A program made the position numbers and the translations under genes. DNA of 64,000 nt from Dehalococcoidia bacterium (GTDB taxonomy: Bacteria > Chloroflexota > Dehalococcoidia > SM23-28-2 > RBG-16-64-32), in contig CAXXTF010000002.1 of assembly GCA_963665775.2 (NCBI GenBank), positions 544,001-608,000 on the forward strand. The letters run 5' to 3'. Under the pieces are notes generated by a model. The model searched no databases. It had not been told where the DNA came from and was given only the letters and a program-made list of their open reading frames with translations. Numbering within the stretch: the first letter of the stretch is position 1; the number at the start of each line of letters is the position of its first letter. Positions 1-9,628 of this stretch are shown here, in pieces.

Positions 1-103
1 GCTCCAAGAGCCACTCTGGCTCCTCTTTCAGGCGGGACAGCTCCCGTACTACTTCCTCCGAGAATCCCCGGAGGCCTTGGGTCAGGAGTGGCGTCTGAGT
101 CAT
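1..103 (-). CDS. sufD: SufD-like Fe-S assembly protein, 5' part (runs off the window edge)
   Basis: ATG at 103 on minus strand after GAAAGGGG; reads MTQTPLLTQGLRGFSEEVVRELSRLKEEPEWLLE, similar to the SufB/D N-terminal motif; follows sufB. Confidence 0.7.
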   Translation of the reverse strand, partial: MTQTPLLTQGLRGFSEEVVRELSRLKEEPEWLLE

Positions 104-118
104 GTGCCCCTTTCGCAA

Positions 119-151
119 GAGGGGGCGGGCGTTGAATCATCCCGCCCCCTC
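119..151. other. GC-rich hairpin between sufB and sufD
   Basis: GAGGGGGCGGG (119-129) and CCCGCCCCCTC (141-151) form a perfect 11-bp inverted repeat. Confidence 0.6.
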
Positions 152-190
152 AGCCCGCCCGTTAGGCGGACGATCATCCATAATGCATGC

Positions 191-1600
191 CTAGCCGACA
201 GCACCCTCCATCTGGAGCTGGACGATGCGGTTCATCTCTACGGCGTACTCCATCGGCAGCACCTTCACCAACGGCTCGATGAAGCCGTTAACGATCATGG
301 TGGCCGCCTCGGTCTCACTGAGGCCGCGGCTCATCAGGTAGAACAGCTGCTCGTCGCCGATCTTGCTCACCGTCGCCTCATGACCGATGGTTACGCGGTC
401 CTCGTCGATCTCCATGTAAGGGTAGGTATCGGAGCGGGACTCCTCGTCTAGGAGGAGAGCGTCGCAGCGAACGGTGGAGCGGGAGTCGACGGAACCCGGG
501 TAGACCTTGACCAGGCCACGGTAGCTGGTGCGGCCGCCGTCCTTGGCGATCGACTTGGAGGTGATGATGGATGAGGTGTGGGGAGCGGCGTGGATCATCT
601 TGGCGCCGGCGTCCAGGTGCTGCCCCCGGCCGGCGAAAGCGATGGAGAGCACCTCGCCGTGGGCGCCGGGCTCCATCAGGTAGCAGGCCGGATACTTCAT
701 CGTCATCTTGGAGCCCAGGTTGCCGTCGATCCACTCGCCGACGGCGTCCTCATAGATGGCCATCCGCTTCGTCACCAGGTTGAAGACGTTGGGCGCCCAG
801 TTCTGGATCGTCGTGTAACGGACGCGGGCGCCCTTCTTGACGATGATCTCCACCACTGCCGAGTGGAGGGCGTCAGCGGTGTAAATGGGGGCGGTGCAGC
901 CCTCAACGTAGTGGACATAAGACCCCGGCTCGGCGATTATCAGCGTCCGCTCGAACTGGCCCGCTCGCTCGGCGTTGATGCGGAAGTAGGCCTGAAGAGG
1001 GACCTCCACGCGAACGCCCTCGGGGATGTAGACGAAGGAGCCACCGCTCCAGACGGCCGAGTTGAGGGCCGCGAGCTTGTTGTCATTGGGAGGGATGATC
1101 GTCCCCAGGTACTGCTTCACGATATCCGGGTGGTCGCGCAGGGCGGTGTCGGTATCGACGAAGATGACGCCCTGCTTCTGCAGGTCCTCTCGCAGCTTAT
1201 GGTAGACGACCTCAGAGTCGTACTGAGCACCGACGCCGGCCAGGAACTTCTTCTCTGCCTCGGGGATGCCCAGCTTATCGAAGGTGCGTTTGATGTAATC
1301 GGGAACATCGTCCCAGTTCTCGGACTTCTTGTCGGTTGCCTTCAGGTAGTAGTAGATGTCATCGAACTTCACTTCCGATAGATCGCCGCCCCAGGTGGGC
1401 ATGGGCCGCTGCATGAAGTGGTCCAGCGCCTTGAGACGGAATCGGCGCATCCAGTCCGGCTCCTTCTTCATCCAGGAGATCTCCTCTACGATCTCCCTAG
1501 AGAGGCCGGGCTTGGCCTTGAAAACGTACTCCTCGTCATCGTGAAAGCCGAACTTCTTCGCGTAGTCCTCGCGGTCGATGTCGATTTTCTCTACAACCAT
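191..1600 (-). CDS. sufB: Fe-S cluster assembly protein SufB
   Basis: [54 protein letters not shown] motifs. Confidence 0.97.
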   Translation of the reverse strand: MVVEKIDIDREDYAKKFGFHDDEEYVFKAKPGLSREIVEEISWMKKEPDWMRRFRLKALDHFMQRPMPTWGGDLSEVKFDDIYYYLKATDKKSENWDDVPDYIKRTFDKLGIPEAEKKFLAGVGAQYDSEVVYHKLREDLQKQGVIFVDTDTALRDHPDIVKQYLGTIIPPNDNKLAALNSAVWSGGSFVYIPEGVRVEVPLQAYFRINAERAGQFERTLIIAEPGSYVHYVEGCTAPIYTADALHSAVVEIIVKKGARVRYTTIQNWAPNVFNLVTKRMAIYEDAVGEWIDGNLGSKMTMKYPACYLMEPGAHGEVLSIAFAGRGQHLDAGAKMIHAAPHTSSIITSKSIAKDGGRTSYRGLVKVYPGSVDSRSTVRCDALLLDEESRSDTYPYMEIDEDRVTIGHEATVSKIGDEQLFYLMSRGLSETEAATMIVNGFIEPLVKVLPMEYAVEMNRIVQLQMEGAVG

Positions 1601-1602
1601 GG

Positions 1603-2367
1603 CTATGACACCCCTTTCAGGACCTCTTTGCGGAGGTCTTCGTAACCCTTAGCTTCCAGTTCGGCAGCCAGCCCTGGGCCACCGGAGCGCACCACGCGAC
1701 CATCGATGAGCACGTGCACGAAGTCGGGCTGAATGTAGTTCAAGATGCGCTGGTAATGGGTGATCAGGAGGATACCCATATGGGGGCCGGAGAGGGCGTT
1801 GATCCCCCCGGCGACGATGCGGAGCGCATCGATATCCAGGCCGGAGTCGGTCTCGTCCAGGACGGCCAGCGCCGGCTCTAGAACTGCCATCTGCAGTATC
1901 TCGTTGCGCTTCTTTTCGCCGCCGGAGAAGCCCTCGTTGACGTAGCGATCGGCGAAGCTGCGATCCATCTCGAGGACCCCCATCTTCTCGAACAGGAGCT
2001 TGCGGAACGCGGTCACCGGGGGCTCCTTCTCCTTGACCGCCTTGACCGCCCGGCGCAGAAAGTGGCGAACCTTCACGCCGGGAATCTCCATGGGATACTG
2101 AAAGGCGAGGAACATCCCCTTGCGGGCGCGAGCGTCCGCCGTCAGCTTGGTCACGTCCTCGCCCTTGAAGAGGACACGTCCGGCGGTGACTACATAGCGG
2201 GGGTGCCCCAGAAGGCAATTGGCCAGCGTACTCTTGCCGGAGCCGTTGGGGCCCATAAGGGCGTGTATCTCGCCCCAATTGACCGTCAGCTCCACGCCCT
2301 TAAGTATCTCCTTGCCCTCGACCGATACGTAGAGACCTTCAACGGCGAACAGCGGCTGCTCAGCCAT
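1603..2367 (-). CDS. sufC: Fe-S cluster assembly ATPase SufC
   Basis: [42 protein letters not shown]. Confidence 0.97.
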   Translation of the reverse strand: MAEQPLFAVEGLYVSVEGKEILKGVELTVNWGEIHALMGPNGSGKSTLANCLLGHPRYVVTAGRVLFKGEDVTKLTADARARKGMFLAFQYPMEIPGVKVRHFLRRAVKAVKEKEPPVTAFRKLLFEKMGVLEMDRSFADRYVNEGFSGGEKKRNEILQMAVLEPALAVLDETDSGLDIDALRIVAGGINALSGPHMGILLITHYQRILNYIQPDFVHVLIDGRVVRSGGPGLAAELEAKGYEDLRKEVLKGVS

Positions 2368-2556
2368 TCATCACTACTCCCGGCGAATAAGAGAACATTT
2401 GACCTGTATAAAGCTCCACTAGCCTGCATTGTAGCATAAGGGTAGGTTGTATTCAATAGCCTGATGGTGCGTTTCCCGTGATGGACCTCGACACTTATCT
2501 TGACCGCTCAGATGGCCGGTGCTACGGTGAACTTGGCCTGTTTTCTCTATTCTACC

Positions 2557-3777
2557 ATGAATAAGCGCATCTACCTCGACCACGCCGCCACCACGCCCCT
2601 GGAGCCCCGCGCCCTGGAGGCGATGCTACCATATCTGACCGAGCACTGGGGCAACCCCTCCAGCCTCTACGCTGAGGCCCAGGATGTCCGCAAGGGGCTG
2701 GACTGGGCCAGACGGACGGTGAGCGGGATTCTGGGCAGTAAGCCCCAGGAGATCGTATTCACCTCCGGCGGTTCCGAGAGCGATAACCTCGCCTTGCGAG
2801 GGGTCGCTTACGCCAGCCGGCAGCGCGGCAACCACATCATCACCTCCGCCATCGAACACCACGCCGTCCTGCATGCGGCCGAACGCCTGGAGCAGGAAGG
2901 GTTCCGGGTAACCTACCTGCCGGTGGACGGCGAAGGGTTCGTCGACCTGGCGGCACTGGAGGGCTCCGTCGGCCCGGAGACGACGCTGGTCAGCATCATG
3001 TACGTGAACAACGAGGTCGGCACCGTAGAGCCCATCGAGGAGGCGGTGCGCATCGTTAAGGGGAAGAACCCGCACACTGTCTTCCATACGGACGCCGTGC
3101 AGGCCATCGGCAACTTCGATGTGAACGTGGACCGTCTGGGGGTCGACCTGCTAAGTATCGGTGCCCACAAGTTCTACGGGCCGAAGGGGGTGGGAGCCCT
3201 GTACGTGCGGCGGCGGGCGCCCTTCCTGCCGCAGCAGTTGGGCGGCTCGCAGGAGAAGGAGCGACGGGCCGGCACCGAGAACGTGGCGAGCCTCGTGGGG
3301 ATGGCGAAGGCGATGGAGTTGGCCTACCAGGAGCTCGATGCGCGGGAGGCGCACTATCGGAAGTTGCAGGCGCGGCTGCTCCAGGAGATCCCTCAGCGGG
3401 TGCCGCACGCGCATCTCACGGGGCCCAGGGAGCTGTCACGTCGGGCGCCCAACAGCTTCTCCTGCTGCCTGGAGTTCATCGAGGGCGAGGCGGCCCTGAT
3501 GGCGCTGGACCTGGCTGGGGTGGCCGCCTCCAGCGGCTCCGCCTGCACCTCGGGCTCTCTGGAGCCGTCCCACGTGCTGACGGCGATGGGTGTGCCGCTG
3601 GAGCTGGCCCGGGGCAGCCTGCGGCTAACAGTGGGCAAGGATAACACCATGAAAGATATCGAGCACGTGCTCGATATACTGCCGGGGATCGTCTCGCGGT
3701 TGCGCGCCCTCTCGCCGACGTGGCCGGAGCGGCAGGAGTCGGAGGCCGGCAGGCGGGTCACCACGGGCGGCGTGTAA
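2557..3777 (+). CDS. iscS: Cysteine desulfurase, IscS/NifS type
   Basis: [24 protein letters not shown] (PLP Lys), SSGSACTS (catalytic Cys); start taken at ATG 2557. Confidence 0.92.
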   Translation: MNKRIYLDHAATTPLEPRALEAMLPYLTEHWGNPSSLYAEAQDVRKGLDWARRTVSGILGSKPQEIVFTSGGSESDNLALRGVAYASRQRGNHIITSAIEHHAVLHAAERLEQEGFRVTYLPVDGEGFVDLAALEGSVGPETTLVSIMYVNNEVGTVEPIEEAVRIVKGKNPHTVFHTDAVQAIGNFDVNVDRLGVDLLSIGAHKFYGPKGVGALYVRRRAPFLPQQLGGSQEKERRAGTENVASLVGMAKAMELAYQELDAREAHYRKLQARLLQEIPQRVPHAHLTGPRELSRRAPNSFSCCLEFIEGEAALMALDLAGVAASSGSACTSGSLEPSHVLTAMGVPLELARGSLRLTVGKDNTMKDIEHVLDILPGIVSRLRALSPTWPERQESEAGRRVTTGGV

Positions 3778-3800
3778 TACATTCTCAGCCGGAGCGAACG

Positions 3801-4418
3801 ATGGACGAGTCGCTGGTCAGGATCGGAGATGCTGCGGGTGTCGACGAGGAGTCGATCCGTAAGAATATTCTGATGGGCTCCGTGGAGGAGATCATCAAGT
3901 GGGCGCGTCGCTCCTCGCTCTGGCCGGTGATGTTCGGGCTCGCCTGCTGCGCTATCGAGATGATCGCCGTGGCTACGCCGCGGTACGACCTGGCTCGCTT
4001 CGGTGCCGAGGTGATGCGAGCCTCGCCGCGACAGGCGGACCTGATGATCGTGGCGGGAACGGTGACCTGGAAGATGGCGCCGCCGGTGCGCCGGATCTAC
4101 CTTCAGATGGCGGAGCCCCGCTGGGTTATCTCCATGGGAAGCTGTGCCACCATCGGCGGGCCGTTCGCCTACGGCTACAGCACTCTCCCCGGTGTGAACC
4201 TTATCATCCCCGTGGATGTCTACGTCCCGGGCTGTCCCCCGCGGCCGGAGTCCCTGCTACAGGGGTTGATGCTCCTCCAGGAGAAGATCAAGCGGTCGAG
4301 CCTGGCCGGGGATAAAGAGCGTAAGCTGCCCAGCGGCGACTTCTCCCGGTACCTGCCCGACGGCGACCCCCTCCGCCGCGAGCTGGAGTCGCTGTTTCCG
4401 CCCTATAGCAAGGCCTAA
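3801..4418 (+). CDS. nuoB: NADH-quinone oxidoreductase subunit B homologue
   Basis: [37 protein letters not shown]; GGAG before ATG 3801. Confidence 0.92.
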   Translation: MDESLVRIGDAAGVDEESIRKNILMGSVEEIIKWARRSSLWPVMFGLACCAIEMIAVATPRYDLARFGAEVMRASPRQADLMIVAGTVTWKMAPPVRRIYLQMAEPRWVISMGSCATIGGPFAYGYSTLPGVNLIIPVDVYVPGCPPRPESLLQGLMLLQEKIKRSSLAGDKERKLPSGDFSRYLPDGDPLRRELESLFPPYSKA

Positions 4419-4455
4419 GCCGGGGCCTAAGCCGGCACCCGAAGCCTCAGACGCC

Positions 4456-5031
4456 TCACCTCGACCCAGTCCGGCGGCCAGCCTCACCAAGCGCTCTCAT
4501 CCGGCCCGGCGGCCAGTAGACCATCCAGGCCCGCGCCAGGATCGACTCGCGACCCACCGGTCCCAACTGGCGGCTATCGGTGCTGAACTCCGGGGCGTCG
4601 CCCAGGAGCAGATACTCGTCGTCGGCCAGAATGCGGGGCTCACCGGGAGGCTCGTCCGGCCCCGGCGACGGCTCCTCGCCAGGGGGCGAGCCGTTAACCC
4701 AGCAGCGACCCTCATCCATTGCCACGGTATCACCCGGCAGGGCGGCCAGCCGCTTGACCAGCCGCCGGCCCGGACGAGCCGGGTGCCTGGCCAGTACGAC
4801 ATCGCCACGGCGAGGCGATCCCAGCCGGTATGCCAATCGATCGAACAGGACGTGCTCCTCCGGCGCCAGAGTGGGGAACATGCTCCAACCTCGGACGATC
4901 ACTCGTCTGGCAGTGAGGAACGCCAGCAGGGGGTATAGGCCGGGGATACCGGCCAGCAGGCGAACTGCTCTGTCCGGTGCGGTCAAGGGCTTCGTATCAC
5001 CTTTCCTTATCATCGAGCGTCCCATGCTCAC
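4456..5031 (-). CDS. S26-family peptidase, probable NiSOD maturation protease (SodX-like)
   Basis: SMFPTL (Ser) and LVKRL (Lys) dyad, GD..STDSR motif; divergent from sodN; start uncertain. Confidence 0.8.
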   Translation of the reverse strand: MSMGRSMIRKGDTKPLTAPDRAVRLLAGIPGLYPLLAFLTARRVIVRGWSMFPTLAPEEHVLFDRLAYRLGSPRRGDVVLARHPARPGRRLVKRLAALPGDTVAMDEGRCWVNGSPPGEEPSPGPDEPPGEPRILADDEYLLLGDAPEFSTDSRQLGPVGRESILARAWMVYWPPGRMRALGEAGRRTGSR

Positions 5032-5141
5032 CTATCGGCAGGCGGAGTCATCCCCTGCCAGCGGCTGGGGTCTGGCCTCGGATAGTGATTGTGTAGTAAA
5101 TTCTATAGCAACAGCTTGATTCTGACGAAGGAGGTCGTGCT

Positions 5142-5669
5142 ATGCTGCTCCAACGTGCGTTCGCCGGGTTTAACCGCCTCTTCCCGACGGAGGAGGCCCA
5201 CGCCCACTGCGATATCCCCTGCGGTATCTACGATCCGCATACGGCTCAGATCGGGGCCCACACTGTGGTCCGCATGGACCAGCTCATCGAGGCGCTGGAA
5301 GCACCCGGCGGAGGCGGCCCGACCCCGCCGTCCAAAGCGGACCGCGATAAGTACTTCAACTCCCTCTCTCGCTACATCACCGTCAAGGAAGAGCATGCCG
5401 AGATGGTCAAGAAGGAAGTCCGCATCATCTGGGGCGACTACTTCAAGCCGGAGCATCTGGAGAAGTACCCGGACCTGCACAGCACAGTCTGGAACATCAT
5501 GAAGCTCGCCTCCAAGGTCCGGCAGGAGGTCAATGCGCAGGCCGCCCAGGAGCTGCTGGCCGAGGTGCAGAAGTTCGCCGAGATCTTCTGGGCCACGAAG
5601 GGGGCCTCGACCCGGCGGCAGCCCTCGCTGCAGGCAGTGGGCGGGGAGTCGGTCGTCCAGGTGGCGTAA
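5142..5669 (+). CDS. sodN: Nickel superoxide dismutase precursor
   Basis: Ni-hook HCDIPCGIYDP after a 21-aa leader ending AHA; IWGDYFK and FAEIFWATK motifs; AAGGAGG RBS. Confidence 0.95.
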   Translation: MLLQRAFAGFNRLFPTEEAHAHCDIPCGIYDPHTAQIGAHTVVRMDQLIEALEAPGGGGPTPPSKADRDKYFNSLSRYITVKEEHAEMVKKEVRIIWGDYFKPEHLEKYPDLHSTVWNIMKLASKVRQEVNAQAAQELLAEVQKFAEIFWATKGASTRRQPSLQAVGGESVVQVA

Positions 5670-5685
5670 GAGGGCCGCACCGCAG

Positions 5686-5722
5686 CCTCATTCTGAGCCC
5701 TTCGCTCCGCTCTAGGGTGACA
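5686..5722. repeat. REP-like palindromic repeat copy
   Basis: TCATTCTGAGCCCTTCGCTCCGCTCTAGGGTGACA; shares ATTCTGAGCCCTTCGCT with the 9.2-kb cluster. Confidence 0.65.
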
Positions 5723-5824
5723 GGAAGCGGCAGCCGTCCAACCAGGCTGGGGCAGCGAAAAGAGGCCAGAGCATACAGCCTGAATGGTACGCACAATTCT
5801 GGTGTACGGATGCGCTCTCCAGTT

Positions 5825-5877
5825 TTGTGATTTGGTTCACTATCGGCTTGCAATTAAGAAAGCGGTGGCTGTAGAAT
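5825..5877 (+). promoter_or_regulatory. Rex/CRP-FNR-like operator plus sigma70 promoter of nuoI-nuoG
   Basis: TTGTGATTTGGTTCACTA (5825-5842); TTGCAA (5848-5853), 18 bp, TAGAAT (5872-5877). Confidence 0.55.
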
Positions 5878-5914
5878 TTAAACTGAAAGTTCTCGCGTAG
5901 GGAAAGGGGCTACC

Positions 5915-6415
5915 TTGTTCGGCATTGGCATCGCCAGGGGGATGACGCTAACCCTGCGTCACCTGTTCCGGCGCCCGTTCACGGTGCAGTATCCGGAGGA
6001 ATCGCGGCCGGTTCCCGTCACCGCCCGCACCAACCTGCTCTGGTTCGAAGAGCGGTGTACGGGCTGCTCCACCTGCGCCCAGTCCTGCCCCGACGGCTGC
6101 ATCCTGGTCCAGACCTCGCCCGGGGAGGACGGGAGCCTGAACGTGGACCGCTACGAGATCGACATGCGCCTCTGCATGTATTGCGGCCTATGTGTGGAGG
6201 CTTGCCCTTACGACGCGATCCAGGCCGGCGGCCCCCTTGACGACGCCGTCTATGACTTCAACGAGCTATATCGCGAGAAGCGGAAGCTGACAGAGATGGC
6301 CCAGGAGCACCTGCGCAATCACGAATGGACGTACCCTAACGGCATGAAGGCCCCTCGACCGGAAGAGAAGCCCCTCCACGTGGGGCTCCCGGTGGAGCGG
6401 GACCGCGTGAGGTAG
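5915..6415 (+). CDS. nuoI: NADH-quinone oxidoreductase subunit I homologue (2x[4Fe-4S])
   Basis: TVQYPEE, CTGCSTCAQSCP, EIDMRLCMYCGLCVEACP; TTG start. Confidence 0.9.
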   Translation: MFGIGIARGMTLTLRHLFRRPFTVQYPEESRPVPVTARTNLLWFEERCTGCSTCAQSCPDGCILVQTSPGEDGSLNVDRYEIDMRLCMYCGLCVEACPYDAIQAGGPLDDAVYDFNELYREKRKLTEMAQEHLRNHEWTYPNGMKAPRPEEKPLHVGLPVERDRVR

Positions 6416-6418
6416 AGG

Positions 6419-9091
6419 TTGCCACGCCTTACTATTGACGGTCGTGAGATCCAGGCCCCGGACGGCGCACCCCTGGTCGAGGTCATCAAGAACGCCGGCA
6501 TATACATCTCCAACCTCTGCTATCTGGACGGCCTACCCGCATACGCCGGCTGCCGGACCTGTCTCGTAGAGATCGAGGGCGCGCGCGGCCTCCAGCTCTC
6601 CTGCACCACGAAGGTCGCCGACGGCATGGTGGTCCGCACCGATACCAAAGAGGTGAAGGACTCCCGGCAGGCGGTGCTGTCGCTCATCCTCTCCTACCAC
6701 TCGGACCGCTGCCTTACCTGCCATCGGGTGGTGAAGTGCAGGCCAGGCGACACCTGCCTGCGCGATGACACCGTCACCCACCGCTGCCTTACCTGCTCCA
6801 AGAACTACCGCTGCGAGCTTCAGAACAGCTGCGAGATGCTGGAGATGGCGGGCTACGAGCCTTGGGACGGGGAGGAGCGCACCTACTACACCCTCCCGCA
6901 GCCGGAGCCGGATCACGGCAACGCCTTTCTGGAGTTTGACCCACAGATGTGCATCATCTGCACTCGCTGCGTTCGCGCCTGCGACGAGATCCGCCACACG
7001 GGAGCGATAACCCTTGCCGGCCGCGGCTTCTCGACAAGGATCGCCTTCGGCGTCGGCGGGCCGGTAGACGAGTCCAACTGCGACTTCTGCGGCGCCTGCA
7101 TCGACGTCTGCCCAACGGCTGCCCTGATGGAGCGCCCCAACAAGTGGGCGGCTGCCCAGGTGGAACGCTGGCTGCCCACCACCTGCACTCAGTGCTCCGT
7201 CGGTTGCACGCTGAGCCTGGGCGTGAAGGACGGCCGGGGCGTCATCGTGAGGCCGGACGCCACGGGCAACCCCGTCAGCGCCGACCAGCTATGCGTGCGG
7301 GGCCGCTTCCACTACGACGCGATCAAGCCCTGGCAGCGGCTTTCCCAACCCCTGCTCCGACGCAACGGCGCCCAGGAGACGGCCTCCTGGAACGAGGCGC
7401 TGGAGTTCACCGCCGCCCGTCTCGCTCAGATCCGACAGGAGCACGGCCCCCAGGCCATCGGCTTCCTGGGCTCCCCCTTCGCGACTAACGAAGAGAACTA
7501 CCTTCTGGGCAAGATCGCGCGGGCCGTTGTCGGCACAAACAACGTGGACTCAAGCGTGGGATCGGTGGCCCGTGCCGCCGCCGCCGCCCTGCGTCGGGCC
7601 TTCGGCAGCGAGGTGTTGCCTGCCGACCTGCTGCGCCTCGCCCAATCGAAGACGATCCTCGTTGTGGCTGATGACCTGGAGTCCAGCCACAACGTAGCCT
7701 GCCTGCGTATAAAGGACGCCGTGGTGCGGAACGGGGCGCGGCTCGTCGTCGTCAGCGCCCGTCGCGGCGAGCTGTGCGACTTCGCCGAGGTGTGGCTGCA
7801 GCCGCCGCCCGGCCAGGAGGCGGCAGTCGTGGCCGCCCTGGCCGCCGCTCTCCCCGTGACGAAGGGCTTCCCCGCTACTGAACCATCGCCGCCTCCTCCA
7901 CCGGGGGTACAGGACTCGCTGCCGCTGGCCGTCGATCTGCTGGCGGCCGCTGTGAGCGACGAGGCTCAACGCCCCCTTTCGCTGGTTTACGCGCTGCCGC
8001 ACTTCGGAGCCGAGGCCGCGGGGGCGACCACTGCGGCGCTGGCCAATATCGCCATCGGCTGCTCTGGAGAAGAGGCAACGCAGGCGCTGCTCGTTCTGCC
8101 CCAGGAGGGGAACGTGTGGGGACTGCGAGACGCGGGCGGCTCGCCCGACTTGCTCCCCGGCTACCGCTCGGCTGGGGAGGAGAGCGCGCGGCAGGAGGTA
8201 GAGCGGCTGTGGGACGCGCCACTGCCCTCCGTCCCGGGGCTGACCTTCGAGGAGATGCTGGCTGACGGGCGGCTCAAGGCGCTGGTGATCCTGAACGACA
8301 ACCCGCTCATGCTGTCGCCAAACCAGGGAGTACTGCGCCGCCGGCTGGAGCAGCTCGATCTCCTCGCTGTGATCGACGCCCTGGCCACGGACACGGCGCA
8401 GCTGGCGCATGTAGTCCTGCCTGACGTAGGGACCTATGGCAAGGCGGGGACGACGACAAGCGCCGACCGCCGCATCCTGCGCCTACACGCGGCAACGGCG
8501 CCTCAGGGGGAGGCCCAGCCCGCCTGGCGTACACTGGGTGAGCTGGGCGCGCGGCTGGCGCAACGCTTACAGGCGGGAGATGTCCGGATTAGTTATGCGG
8601 GCCCGGACGCGATCATGGAGGAGATGGCAGAGGTCGTACCGCTTTACAGGGGCGCTACCTATAAGGCGCTGGACTCCGGTGCCCGGCAGCAGCTGAACGG
8701 CCTGGCACCGAAGACGGCAGACTTGCAGGCAGTGCCGCATCTCCTGCCGCCCTCTCCAAGCGGCGACGGCTTCCTCTTGACCACGGGTCGCAGCCTGTAT
8801 ACGAGCTACGAAGGAGCTGCCCTCCACTCGCCCGAAACCGATAAGCTCCACCGGGAGGAGTTCGTGGAGATCAACCCGGCCGATGCCGTTGCCCTGGGCA
8901 TCACCGAGGGCGACCAGGTGGTGTTGCGAAAAGGCACCGTGGAGCTCGCCATCTGCGCCCGCATCACGGCGGCCGTACAGCCGCGGATGTTATACGTCCC
9001 CCTCTACTATGACGGGGGAGCGGTATGTGCCCTATTCGAGAGCGGCACGAGCGTCGAACAGGTCACGGCGACCGCTGCCCATGACGGCTAG
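6419..9091 (+). CDS. NuoG-like / molybdopterin-oxidoreductase-fold Fe-S protein
   Basis: N-terminal 2Fe-2S (CYL..CRTC..C), H/C cluster region, CIICTRCVRAC, CDFCGACIDVCP, CTQCSVGC..C; NNVDSS where formate dehydrogenases have NNVDxCARxC/U. Confidence 0.85.
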   Translation: MPRLTIDGREIQAPDGAPLVEVIKNAGIYISNLCYLDGLPAYAGCRTCLVEIEGARGLQLSCTTKVADGMVVRTDTKEVKDSRQAVLSLILSYHSDRCLTCHRVVKCRPGDTCLRDDTVTHRCLTCSKNYRCELQNSCEMLEMAGYEPWDGEERTYYTLPQPEPDHGNAFLEFDPQMCIICTRCVRACDEIRHTGAITLAGRGFSTRIAFGVGGPVDESNCDFCGACIDVCPTAALMERPNKWAAAQVERWLPTTCTQCSVGCTLSLGVKDGRGVIVRPDATGNPVSADQLCVRGRFHYDAIKPWQRLSQPLLRRNGAQETASWNEALEFTAARLAQIRQEHGPQAIGFLGSPFATNEENYLLGKIARAVVGTNNVDSSVGSVARAAAAALRRAFGSEVLPADLLRLAQSKTILVVADDLESSHNVACLRIKDAVVRNGARLVVVSARRGELCDFAEVWLQPPPGQEAAVVAALAAALPVTKGFPATEPSPPPPPGVQDSLPLAVDLLAAAVSDEAQRPLSLVYALPHFGAEAAGATTAALANIAIGCSGEEATQALLVLPQEGNVWGLRDAGGSPDLLPGYRSAGEESARQEVERLWDAPLPSVPGLTFEEMLADGRLKALVILNDNPLMLSPNQGVLRRRLEQLDLLAVIDALATDTAQLAHVVLPDVGTYGKAGTTTSADRRILRLHAATAPQGEAQPAWRTLGELGARLAQRLQAGDVRISYAGPDAIMEEMAEVVPLYRGATYKALDSGARQQLNGLAPKTADLQAVPHLLPPSPSGDGFLLTTGRSLYTSYEGAALHSPETDKLHREEFVEINPADAVALGITEGDQVVLRKGTVELAICARITAAVQPRMLYVPLYYDGGAVCALFESGTSVEQVTATAAHDG

Positions 9092-9300
9092 TGGCAGGCC
9101 GCAAGAATCTGCGTTTTCGTGAAGCATCCAAAGACCCTTCGCCGCCCCGACGGGCCCGTCGGGGCGCTTACGGTGACAATATGACCCAGCGTCATTCCCA
9201 GCCCTTCGCGCCATGATATTCTGAGCCCTTCGCTCTGTCATTCTGAGCGAAGCGAAGAATCTGGCGCCCCGCTCAGGATAAACTCCGCGAAGAATCTCGC
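9092..9300. repeat. Cluster of nested REP-like palindromes
   Basis: TGTCATTCTGAGCGAAGCGAAGAATCT core, several AAGAATCT and CCCTTCGC half-sites, perfect 24-bp palindrome at 9143-9166. Confidence 0.8.
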
Positions 9301-9384
9301 TCCGCAGGCGAATTACCATAACTGAGCGCTGGTCATGCCCTAGACTCGACTTGTGCTAAACTTTAGCTGCCCAACGGCGTCTCC

Positions 9385-9618
9385 ATGAACAGCAACGACG
9401 AATCCCTGGTCGCGATCGGTGTGGCCCATGACGAAGTGGAGGCCACTATTTGGCGCGACTCTTTGGAGCGCGAAGGGATCGTCGTTTACGTGAAGAACGC
9501 AGACCCGCTCACACCCCTCGGTGTCGCCCCGTTACCCGGTAGCCAGCAGCTGTTCGTGTTGGGTAAGGACGAGAAGAGGGCCCGCTTGATACTGGGCGAC
9601 GGGGAAGATTCGGCCTGA
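9385..9618 (+). CDS. Small DUF2007-like putative signal-transducing protein
   Basis: EVEATIWRDSLEREGI ... LFV...DEKRARLIL pattern. Confidence 0.65.
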   Translation: MNSNDESLVAIGVAHDEVEATIWRDSLEREGIVVYVKNADPLTPLGVAPLPGSQQLFVLGKDEKRARLILGDGEDSA

Positions 9619-9628
9619 GGCTCTAGCC

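Noticed and set aside
2368-2556. IscR/SufR operator between sufC and iscS
   Set aside because: Only short TAGCCTG repeats; no convincing palindrome
6419-9091. Selenocysteine formate dehydrogenase
   Set aside because: No in-frame TGA and no catalytic Cys/Sec-His motif
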